DNA from: Candidatus Gottesmanbacteria bacterium RIFCSPLOWO2_01_FULL_42_22 | GTDB lineage: Bacteria > Patescibacteriota > Microgenomatia > 2-02-FULL-39-11 | Length of the DNA stretch: 64,000 bases | Direction of reading: 5' to 3' | NCBI GenBank assembly: GCA_001779315.1 | Contig: MFJU01000006.1 | Span: 2,612 to 66,611, forward strand | Part shown: positions 37,742 through 46,324 of the stretch, piece by piece | Layout of the letters: the number at the start of each line of letters is the position of its first letter | Numbering within the stretch: the stretch's first letter is position 1 | Notes under the pieces: generated by a model | The model's input: the letters and a program-made list of their open reading frames with translations, nothing else | Database searches by the model: none | What the model was told of the DNA's origin: nothing | Position numbers and translations under genes: made by a program

Positions 37742-38776
37742 ATGGATGCAGGAATATTAGGCTACGGACTTTATTTACCGTACTACCGTATAAAAATTAG
37801 TGAAATTGCCCTGATTTGGGGTAAAAATCCCGGGGATATAGAAAGATCATTAGGAATATCGGAAAAGACAGTGGCTTCTTTTGATGAAGATGCCGTTACT
37901 ATGGCCTACCAGGCATCTTTGATGGCTTTAGCTAGGGCAGATATATCCGCAAATTCCATTGAGGCAGTCATGGTCGGTTCGGAAAGCCACCCTTATGCCG
38001 TAAATCCGACATCTACTATTTTGGGAGAATTTTTAGGGGTAAAAAATGCCTACCTGGCCACTGATTTGGAATTTGCCTGTAAAGCCGGGACAACTGCCAT
38101 GATATCCCTCTCAGGGCTTATTTCCGGCAGGATGATTTCGACAGCTTTAGCGGTAGGCTCGGATTGCGCCCAGGCCAAACCCCACGATATTTTGGAATAT
38201 ACAGCTTCCTCAGGCGCCGCAGCCTTTATTCTGGGGAGAAAAGAAAAATCAATTGCGGAAATTCTTGCTGTTACTTCGTATTCTTCCGATACCCCTGATT
38301 TTTGGCGCAGAGACGGAGTCAGGTTTCCTACCCATGGCGGTCGGTTTACGGGAGAACCGGCTTATTTTTCCCATGTGGAGAGTTGCGGAAAGATGCTTTT
38401 GGAAAAGTCCGGTTTTAAGCCTGCCGATTTCCGCTTTTGTGTTTTACATATGCCTAACGGTAAATTTCCCAGAGAGGCAGCTAAAAGATTGGGATTTACC
38501 AAAGAACAATATCGTACCTCAATGATTGTTGAAGAAATAGGTAATCCTTATACAGCTTCCTCGCTCATCGGTTTAGCTGCTGTTTTGGACAAGGCAAAAT
38601 CAGGTGATTTGATATTCCTGGTTTCCTACGGCTCAGGAGCAGGATCTGACGGCTTGATTTTGAGAGTAACTGCCAAAATCAATAAGAAGTCCCGGGAATC
38701 TTCGTTTCAACAGCAAAAATCCGGAAAAAAATATATAAGTTATACGGATTATCTTAAATTCAGGGGAAAAATTTAA
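37742..38776 (+). CDS. HMG-CoA synthase, archaeal type
   Basis: N-terminus ILGYGLYLPYYRIKISEIALIWGKNP...DEDAVTMA matches archaeal HMGCS; 344 aa. Confidence 0.7.
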   Translation: MDAGILGYGLYLPYYRIKISEIALIWGKNPGDIERSLGISEKTVASFDEDAVTMAYQASLMALARADISANSIEAVMVGSESHPYAVNPTSTILGEFLGVKNAYLATDLEFACKAGTTAMISLSGLISGRMISTALAVGSDCAQAKPHDILEYTASSGAAAFILGRKEKSIAEILAVTSYSSDTPDFWRRDGVRFPTHGGRFTGEPAYFSHVESCGKMLLEKSGFKPADFRFCVLHMPNGKFPREAAKRLGFTKEQYRTSMIVEEIGNPYTASSLIGLAAVLDKAKSGDLIFLVSYGSGAGSDGLILRVTAKINKKSRESSFQQQKSGKKYISYTDYLKFRGKI

Positions 38777-39919
38777 ATGAAAGACATAAATATCCTGGCC
38801 GGGGCAACCTCAAGTTTCGGTGAATTATGGGGGGTATCTCCGAGAAAATTGGTAAGCGATGTCACCGCTGAAGCTTTGAAGGAGTCTGGGATTAAACGGC
38901 ATGAAATCGAGGCAATATTCGTGGGCAATATGCTTTCTTCCTCATTAGGCAGCCAGGACCATTTGGGAGCTTTTTTCAGCGAAGAATTAGGATTAGATGT
39001 GCCGGCGGTCAAAATTGAAGCAGCTTGCGCTTCAGGCGGCATGGCTGTCCATACGGCCTGTTTGGCTGTTTTATCCGGTCAATATGAAACAGTTTTAGTA
39101 GTCGGTGTCGAGAAGATGACTGATCATAAGCCTGAGGAGGTCGCCTCAGCCCTGATGGCAGCCGGGACGGACGGGGAAAGGGAAGCCGGAGCCACCTTTC
39201 CGACACTTTACGCTTTAATAGCCCGGGCTCATATGGCAAAATACGCTACCACAGAATTACAAATGGCGGCAGTTTCGGTAAAAAATCATTTTCATGCCTC
39301 TTTAAATTCCCACGCCCAATTCAAAAACCCGATAACTGAAGAGATGGTTTTGAAAAGTCCGGTGGTAGCTTCTCCCTTAAAAATCCTGGATTGCTCTCCG
39401 ATTACTGACGGTGCAGCCTCACTTATATTATCCCGCAGGAAATCCGGCGGCAAAAACATAGCCATTACGGCTTCGGAAGCAGCCACGGATTCATTAGGCT
39501 TGGCCCAGCGGGAAAGTTTAACTTCACTGAAAGCAGCTGCCGAGGCAGCCAAAAAAGCCTACCGCTCAGCCGGTATTTTGCCGAATGATATCAATGTAGC
39601 AGAAGTGCATGACTGTTTTTCCATAGCTGAAATCATAGCCATGGAAGATCTGAGTTTTTTCACCAAAGGCACGGCTGCCAAAAATATAGCTAGTGGGATG
39701 ACCAGACTGGGAGGCAAGGGAATCATAGTTAATACCTCAGGCGGGCTCAAAGCAGCAGGACACCCTGTCGGCGCCACAGGAGTGAAACAGGTCGTAGAAA
39801 TTTTACAGCAGCTTAAAGGCATATCCGGCGCCAAACAAGTCTCAGGGGCAAAGATAGGTTTGACTCATAATGTCGGGGGCAGCGGAGCAACCGCGGTAGT
39901 CCATATTTTAAAAAAATAA
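38777..39919 (+). CDS. Acetyl-CoA C-acetyltransferase (thiolase), archaeal type
   Basis: Thiolase-like fold with active-site Cys region EAACASGG; 380 aa; adjacent to HMGCS and DUF35 as in archaeal thiolase/HMGCS complexes. Confidence 0.7.
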   Translation: MKDINILAGATSSFGELWGVSPRKLVSDVTAEALKESGIKRHEIEAIFVGNMLSSSLGSQDHLGAFFSEELGLDVPAVKIEAACASGGMAVHTACLAVLSGQYETVLVVGVEKMTDHKPEEVASALMAAGTDGEREAGATFPTLYALIARAHMAKYATTELQMAAVSVKNHFHASLNSHAQFKNPITEEMVLKSPVVASPLKILDCSPITDGAASLILSRRKSGGKNIAITASEAATDSLGLAQRESLTSLKAAAEAAKKAYRSAGILPNDINVAEVHDCFSIAEIIAMEDLSFFTKGTAAKNIASGMTRLGGKGIIVNTSGGLKAAGHPVGATGVKQVVEILQQLKGISGAKQVSGAKIGLTHNVGGSGATAVVHILKK

Positions 39920-39923
39920 ATAT

Positions 39924-40223
39924 ATGATTTCACCGGTAAAAATCTGGCGCAATCAGAAAAAAATCAGGGAAGTATTGAATCAAAGCGGTAAAATTATCAG
40001 TTTTACCCGTGTATTTATGCCGCCGGCCGGTTTTGAAAATCAGGCACCTTATGCAGTTGTTTTAGTCAAACTGGCCTCGGGCCGAAATTATATCGCCCAA
40101 CTGGTTGACTTTGAAGAAAAACATTTGAAAATAGGGCAAAAAGTAATAACGGTTTTAAGAAGGACCAGAAGCCCGAGCGAGGAAGGCATTATACCCTACG
40201 GCGTTAAATTCAAGCCGCTATGA
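39924..40223 (+). CDS. DUF35 OB-fold scaffold protein of the thiolase/HMGCS complex
   Basis: 99 aa; position immediately after thiolase/HMGCS and OB-fold-like sequence (AVVLVKLASGRNYIAQLVDFEEKHLKIGQKV). Confidence 0.5.
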   Translation: MISPVKIWRNQKKIREVLNQSGKIISFTRVFMPPAGFENQAPYAVVLVKLASGRNYIAQLVDFEEKHLKIGQKVITVLRRTRSPSEEGIIPYGVKFKPL

Positions 40224-41179
40224 ATTTCTCCACTGTATCAGTCCCCGGTAAAATTTTTCTTATGGGCGAGCATAGTGTTGTTTACGGAAAGCCGGCTATT
40301 CTGTCGGCAATCAACAGGCGGGTTTACGTGCGTGTTGCCATAGCGGATAATGGCAAGCATGAAATTGAGTCCGGGGATAACCAGTTTATCGGCAATGTTC
40401 TTGAACTGACAGCTCTACATCTTAAAATAAAAACTTTGCCTTATTTAAAGGTGATAATTACTTCCCAGCTGAAAAAGGGATACCATTTGGGATCATCGGC
40501 GGCTGTAGCGGCAGCAACCATTGCCGCTGTCTTATATCACCTTAAAAAAATCTGGAATCCGGAACTGGTCAATCAATTAGCCTATTCGGCGGAAAAAGCC
40601 AAACATGGTTTACCATCAGGCGCCGATAATACTGCTTGTGTCTTCGGAGGATTAATCTGGTACCGCAATGAACTGTCATATCTTAAAAGTATCTGGCAGC
40701 TGTCACTCAAATCCGAACTTTTAAATAATTTTTATCTGGTTGATAGCGGAAAAGGGGAAGAATCAACCAAGGACATGGTTGCCATGGTCAAAAAAAGGTA
40801 TTTAGATAACAAGCAATTGTACCAGAGGCTGTTTATATCAAATGAAGAAGCGGTCAGAAATATTGCTGAAAGTTTAAAAAACGGCAATGAAAACGCTCTC
40901 ATTCAGGCCATAAGAAAAGGAAGCTTTACCTTAAAAAAAATGGGAGTTGTCAGCCCCATGGCAGCAGATTTAATTGATACTTTCGAATCTTCAGGAGGCG
41001 CGGCTAAAATCCTGGGAGGAGGGGGCCGGAAAAAATCAGTCGGATATCTCCTTATATATCATAAAGATAAAAAAATCTTAAAGGACATTTCCGCCTCATG
41101 CGGGTTTTCTATTGAAGCAGTTAGGTTAGGTGAAGAAGGTATGAGGCTGGAGAAAGGGACGGGTGATACGAATCAATAA
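40220..41179 (+). CDS. mvk: Mevalonate kinase (GHMP family)
   Basis: PGKIFLMGEHSVVYGKPAI and GYHLGSSAAVAAA GHMP motifs; 319 aa. Confidence 0.7.
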   Translation: MNFSTVSVPGKIFLMGEHSVVYGKPAILSAINRRVYVRVAIADNGKHEIESGDNQFIGNVLELTALHLKIKTLPYLKVIITSQLKKGYHLGSSAAVAAATIAAVLYHLKKIWNPELVNQLAYSAEKAKHGLPSGADNTACVFGGLIWYRNELSYLKSIWQLSLKSELLNNFYLVDSGKGEESTKDMVAMVKKRYLDNKQLYQRLFISNEEAVRNIAESLKNGNENALIQAIRKGSFTLKKMGVVSPMAADLIDTFESSGGAAKILGGGGRKKSVGYLLIYHKDKKILKDISASCGFSIEAVRLGEEGMRLEKGTGDTNQ

Positions 41180-42137
41180 TCAAAGCGTCACTGCCACCCT
41201 ACCTGGAAAACTGATGCTGATAGGTGAACATGCTGCTGTCTACGGTTTTCCGTGTTTGGCAGCTGCTGTTGATAAAAAATTGACAGTTAAATTAAACAAA
41301 AGGACTGATGGCAATATCATTATACGGAGTGATTCTTTTAAAGAAACGCTTCAATCTGATTGGCAAAAAATAACCGGGAAAATAGAACCGGCAGGGCAAT
41401 ATTTAACAGCAGCCTTAAGAACAGTTTCAGCGTTAATATCTGACAAAACCGGAATGGACATGGAAATTAAATCTGGTTTTTCAGGCCGTTACGGTTTAGG
41501 TTCTTCGGCGGCGGTGACGGCAGGCACGATTGCCGGCGTAGCTGCCCTTTTCGGTTTGAATCTGTCAAAAGAAGAGTTATTTAAGCTGGCTTACCGGTCT
41601 ATTTTAACTGTGGCGGAAGACGCCTCAGGCTATGATGCGGCTTCCGTCATTTTTGGCGGAGTGATTTATTATAAAAAAGGGGATAGCAAGCCGGAAAAAA
41701 TAGATGCAAACCCAAATCTTCTAGTCTGTTATTCCGGCAGTAAAGCTGATACGGTAGAAATGGTCAGAATAGTTGCCGGAAAAATGAACAGTCACAGAAA
41801 GGCTGTTTTAAAGATCTTTGAATCAACGGCTGAACTCGTCGAACAGGCACGCCAATCTCTTATCAGTCATCAATATGATATTTTCGGAAAATTAATGAAT
41901 TTCTCCCAGGATTATCTGGAAGATTTGGGTGTGGCAACTCCCAAGCTTAATGAGCTGATTTTAAAAGCCAGAAAAGCCGGAGCCTTGGGAGCCAAAATTT
42001 CCGGTGCCGGAGGCGGGGATTGCCTGATTGCTTTGGTAGATGGCAGAAATAGCCCGAAAGTAGTCCAAGCCTTGATTGAGGCCGGAGGAGAAATCGTTGA
42101 TACTGCTATAACCTCAAAAGGAGTTTCTATAAGTTGA
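41163..42137 (+). CDS. GHMP kinase, putative phosphomevalonate kinase
   Basis: PGKLMLIGEHAAVYG and GLGSSAAVTAG motifs; second GHMP kinase in the mevalonate cluster; 324 aa. Confidence 0.55.
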   Translation: MIRINNQSVTATLPGKLMLIGEHAAVYGFPCLAAAVDKKLTVKLNKRTDGNIIIRSDSFKETLQSDWQKITGKIEPAGQYLTAALRTVSALISDKTGMDMEIKSGFSGRYGLGSSAAVTAGTIAGVAALFGLNLSKEELFKLAYRSILTVAEDASGYDAASVIFGGVIYYKKGDSKPEKIDANPNLLVCYSGSKADTVEMVRIVAGKMNSHRKAVLKIFESTAELVEQARQSLISHQYDIFGKLMNFSQDYLEDLGVATPKLNELILKARKAGALGAKISGAGGGDCLIALVDGRNSPKVVQALIEAGGEIVDTAITSKGVSIS

Positions 42138-42138
42138 T

Positions 42139-43116
42139 ATGAAAAAAACAGCTGTCGCCTGTTCCAATTTAGCCCTGATAAAATATTGGGGTAAAGTTGA
42201 TTTTGAGAAGCGGTTGCCTACCAATGACAGTCTGTCAGTTAATTTGGATAATTTGACAACCACAACTACAGTCGATTTTTCTGCCAGTTATAAAAAAGAT
42301 TTGCTTGAAATAGACGGTATTAGGGCTGCCGGTAGAAAATTTGATCGTGTCAGGCAGCATCTTGACCGGATAAGAAGTTTGGCCGGCAGACAATTATCAG
42401 CCCGGGTTGTCTCCAGGAATAATTTCCCGTCAGCGACCGGTTTATCATCGTCAGCTTCAGGATTTGCCGCTTTAACAAAAGCTGCGGTAGCCGCCCTTGA
42501 ATTAAAATTAACTGAAAAAGAAATGTCGATTATGGCCAGACAGGCTTCCGGTTCTGCCTGCCGCTCAATACCAACGGGTTTTAGCCATTGGCACAAAGGC
42601 CGCAACAGTCAATCTTCATATGCCGAATCGATTTTCCCTGCTTCATATTGGCAGTTAACGGATTTAGTGGCAATTATAAGCCATCAAATAAAATCAGTGC
42701 CGACAAGCATCGCCCAGCAATCAGCATTTACAAGCCCTTTTTTCCGGGAGAGATTGAAAAGAATACCGGATAAAATTAAAGCTCTTTCAATTTATATTAA
42801 AAAAAGGGATTTCCAGTCATTTGGCGAGCTCGTTGAAGCCGAAAGCTTGGAACTTCACTCCATAATGCTAACTTCAAGCCCTTCATATATATATATATAT
42901 CCCGAAACTCTTGAATTGATGCATCAGGTCAAAAGCTGGCGTAAAAAAGGTTTAGATGTTTACTTCAGCCTGAACACAGGACATAATCTCCATGTACTTT
43001 GTCTAAATAAGGACAGGGAAAAAATTTTGGCTTTATTAAAAAAAGCCGGTATCAAAGACATCATCATTAATGGCCCGGGCCAGGGAACTAGACTGACAGA
43101 TAAGCATTTATTCTAA
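42139..43116 (+). CDS. mvaD: Diphosphomevalonate decarboxylase
   Basis: NLALIKYWGK motif and GHMP-like fold; 325 aa. Contains a (TA)8 microsatellite at 42888-42903. Confidence 0.7.
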   Translation: MKKTAVACSNLALIKYWGKVDFEKRLPTNDSLSVNLDNLTTTTTVDFSASYKKDLLEIDGIRAAGRKFDRVRQHLDRIRSLAGRQLSARVVSRNNFPSATGLSSSASGFAALTKAAVAALELKLTEKEMSIMARQASGSACRSIPTGFSHWHKGRNSQSSYAESIFPASYWQLTDLVAIISHQIKSVPTSIAQQSAFTSPFFRERLKRIPDKIKALSIYIKKRDFQSFGELVEAESLELHSIMLTSSPSYIYIYPETLELMHQVKSWRKKGLDVYFSLNTGHNLHVLCLNKDREKILALLKKAGIKDIIINGPGQGTRLTDKHLF

Positions 43117-43117
43117 T

Positions 43118-43804
43118 ATGGAGAACAATTTAAAACATATAGCCCTGATCATGGACGGCAACCGCCGCTGGGCGAAAAAACACAATCTTCCTACCCTCGA
43201 AGGCCACAGGCTTGGAGAGGAACGGATTGAACCGCTTGTCGATTGCGCCATTGAGATGGGAATTTCTTATCTGACATTTTGGGCTTTTTCAACGGAAAAC
43301 TGGCATCGGGAAAAAAGGGAAGTCAAATTTTTAATGAAACTCTACCGTACTCTACTGGACCGCAAAGCCGACAGCTTTCATAAAAAAAACGTCAGAATCA
43401 ACTGTATCGGCAACCTGAGTTTATTTTCATCTGATCTTCAGGCAAAAACTAAGCGCTGGATGGAACAAACTAAAAATAATAAATTAATTACCGTCAACCT
43501 GGCATTAAATTACGGTGGCAAAGATGAAATAATCAGGGCAGTCAATAAATGGCAAAAGGAAAATAAGAAGAATCAAGAATTGACAAAGGATATTCTAGCT
43601 GATTATCTTGATTCTGCCGGACAACCTGATCCTGATTTAATAATCAGAACCGGAGGAGAAAAGAGACTGTCCGGATTTTTGATGTGGCAATCGGAATACA
43701 GCGAGTTGTATTTTACCAGGACCTATTGGCCGGATTTTACCCCGCTAAAATTCCGACTGGCCATCGCAGAATATAAAAGAAGGCAAAGACGATTCGGAAA
43801 ATAA
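43118..43804 (+). CDS. uppS: Undecaprenyl diphosphate synthase (cis-isoprenyl transferase)
   Basis: HIALIMDGNRRWAKKH and RTGGEKRLSGFLMWQSEYSELYF motifs; 228 aa. Confidence 0.85.
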   Translation: MENNLKHIALIMDGNRRWAKKHNLPTLEGHRLGEERIEPLVDCAIEMGISYLTFWAFSTENWHREKREVKFLMKLYRTLLDRKADSFHKKNVRINCIGNLSLFSSDLQAKTKRWMEQTKNNKLITVNLALNYGGKDEIIRAVNKWQKENKKNQELTKDILADYLDSAGQPDPDLIIRTGGEKRLSGFLMWQSEYSELYFTRTYWPDFTPLKFRLAIAEYKRRQRRFGK

Positions 43805-44043
43805 GTGGTATTCTTAATTCAGGGAGGTGATTTCCAATTAAAAAAAAATATTTATTAATAGCTGTGGTGGGAATAGCACTGATGATTCTGGCGATTATCT
43901 CTTTTACCGCTAAAAAGCCGGCAGAATTGAAACTGCCGGAAAATAACCTGAATCAAAGTCAAACAGATGATCAATCACAAATCCCCAAGGAATATCTGGA
44001 CGCCGTAGCCGGTGAGGGCATGACCGCTGAATGACGGTATTTG

Positions 44044-46272
44044 TCAGGGTGCTGATTCCGGTGTCGGAGATGTTTCTTTTAAACAGGGACTGGACGGAAC
44101 CGTGCCTTTAATAAAATATTCATTGCGCCCTGAACAGGAAACAACGGTAATATTTTCCGGAACGGTAAAAAGGCTGGACGCTTGATATTTAGAGGTTAAA
44201 AGTCTCATTATCTTTTGCCATACGGGTGCAGCACCGGTAACGCCGGAAGTAAGTTGCGGATTCATCGGTGAATTGTCATTATTGCCCACCCAAACAGTCA
44301 CGGTATAGTCAGGTGTATAACCAATTGTCCAATTGTCCCTTTTATTATCACTGGTACCGGTTTTGACCGCGATTTTATACCCAGGTAAATAAAGAGCTGA
44401 TGAGAGTCCGAAAGCAGGTGAACGGGCCAGATTATCGGAAAGGATATCAGTCAGAATAAATGCAATTTCAGGCGAGGTAGCTTCCCCGGTAGCATTACTT
44501 TTAGGCAGGGTAAGACTGTTGCCGTTCTGGTCTGTAATTCTGATAAAAGGAGTCAGATCTTCCATTTTGCCTGAATTGGCTAAAGTACCGTAAACTCTGG
44601 CCATATCAAGCATAGTGACGTCACCTCCTCCCAAAGTTAAAGATAAACCGAATCTGTCAGGTTTTGTCCAGCTTTTTATCCCCATTTTCTTGCCCTGCTC
44701 AACCATACGCTCAACACCGATTGAGGAGAGAACCTTGACAGCCGGAACGTTATAAGAAGAGGCAAGAGCTGTCCGCAAACTGACCGTACCATGGAAGCGT
44801 CCGTCATAATTTACCGGGCTGTAATTTTGGCCGGCAAAATAATAAGTAATGGGCGTATCGGCAAGAAGGGAGGCGGCCGTATATCCTTCTTTTAAAGCGG
44901 CAGCATAATTTACCACTTTGATTGAAGAACCCGGCTGGCGAAGCGATAGGGCCAGATTCACATTACCGTCATTCTCAGTATCAAAATAATCTTTTGAACC
45001 GACCATGGCCAAAATCTCTCCGTTTTTAGGATCGGTAACCACGGCAGCCCCGTTGGTTACATTTAAGTTTTCCAAAGCGACAACTTCATCAAATACGATA
45101 GCCTGAATTTCATTGTTAAGATCCAAGTCTAAAGTAGTAGTTATCCTTAGTCCTCCTGTCTCCGTCAGTCTGGGACCATAATACTTTTCCAAAAGCTCCT
45201 TGACATACATGACGAAATGCGGGGCGGCAATCGGCAGGCGCGGGGATTTAAAATTTAAAGCTTCTTCTTTGGCTGTTTCAAGTTGATCTTGATTGATATA
45301 ACCCTCCTTAAACATGCTTAAAAGAACAGACAACTGCCTTTTTTTATAATCAAAAGGCTGCGCGCCAAAAGGACTATAGCGGGAAGGAGCTGCGGGTAAT
45401 CCGGCTAAAAAGGCACTTTCCGCCAGATTAATTTCCTTGACTGATTTACCGAAATATGTTTGAGAAGCTGCTTCAATTCCCCAGGCGGTTCCTCCATACG
45501 GTACCTGGTTCAGATACATTTCAAGTATCTGATTTTTTGAATAGATCTGTTCCGCCCAGACGGAAACGATGACCTCTCTTATTTTGCGGTAAAGGCTTTT
45601 CTCGGGACTAAGATAAGCGCTTCTGATTAATTGTTGGGTGATGGTTGAACCGCCTTCAAGGGTGTCAGAAGTCAAATTTTTATAGACAGCCCGCATGATT
45701 CCTTTTAAAGAAAAACCGTTATGCAGGAAAAATTCATTATCCTCGATGGCAATGGTTGCCTCAATTATTGAGGCAGGAATCTCTTTCAGCTTTACCGGTG
45801 TCCTGTTTTCATCACCGTATATTTCATAAAGCAGTTTGCCCTTGCGGTCAAATATTTTAGTCGTTGCTTTGAAAGGAGCAGTTGTCAAAAGTTCAGGATT
45901 GGGCAAACTCTGAATAAAAGAATTCAGTTGAAAAAAAATTAACAGTAACGCGAAAGTCAAAAGTCCCAGGAGAAAGAATTTCGATTTGAGAAGAAGCAGC
46001 CTTATTCTTCTGTTCAAATGTATGCGGGGTACAGGCAGCCTGAATTTTTTCGGACGCCCCCTTTTTTTCATGCTTGCCGCCTTCGGAAGTGATTTCGGCA
46101 ATACCGGTTTTGTCAGCGGTTTCAGAAAAAAAATAAGGGAATTTATTACATATAAAATTATTTTATAGGTTGAGAAGAAAACAGAAAATATTAGTCTGAC
46201 GGTCAGAATGACCAGGTCTCCGATTTCTTTAAAGACAAGTACAATCAGCAACAGAAATTTATTTAGGCTCAC
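44044..46272 (-). CDS. Class A penicillin-binding protein (PBP1a: GT51 transglycosylase + transpeptidase), copy 1
   Basis: N-terminal TM; GT51 motifs IEDNEFFLHNGFS, EGGSTITQQL; transpeptidase SxxK/SxN/KTG context; 742 aa. Confidence 0.8.
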   Translation of the reverse strand: MSLNKFLLLIVLVFKEIGDLVILTVRLIFSVFFSTYKIILYVINSLIFFLKPLTKPVLPKSLPKAASMKKRGRPKKFRLPVPRIHLNRRIRLLLLKSKFFLLGLLTFALLLIFFQLNSFIQSLPNPELLTTAPFKATTKIFDRKGKLLYEIYGDENRTPVKLKEIPASIIEATIAIEDNEFFLHNGFSLKGIMRAVYKNLTSDTLEGGSTITQQLIRSAYLSPEKSLYRKIREVIVSVWAEQIYSKNQILEMYLNQVPYGGTAWGIEAASQTYFGKSVKEINLAESAFLAGLPAAPSRYSPFGAQPFDYKKRQLSVLLSMFKEGYINQDQLETAKEEALNFKSPRLPIAAPHFVMYVKELLEKYYGPRLTETGGLRITTTLDLDLNNEIQAIVFDEVVALENLNVTNGAAVVTDPKNGEILAMVGSKDYFDTENDGNVNLALSLRQPGSSIKVVNYAAALKEGYTAASLLADTPITYYFAGQNYSPVNYDGRFHGTVSLRTALASSYNVPAVKVLSSIGVERMVEQGKKMGIKSWTKPDRFGLSLTLGGGDVTMLDMARVYGTLANSGKMEDLTPFIRITDQNGNSLTLPKSNATGEATSPEIAFILTDILSDNLARSPAFGLSSALYLPGYKIAVKTGTSDNKRDNWTIGYTPDYTVTVWVGNNDNSPMNPQLTSGVTGAAPVWQKIMRLLTSKYQASSLFTVPENITVVSCSGRNEYFIKGTVPSSPCLKETSPTPESAP

Positions 46273-46324
46273 AGCTGGAGGGAATATAGCATAATTATAA
46301 GGATGATGTAAAGATGTTGGGGCG

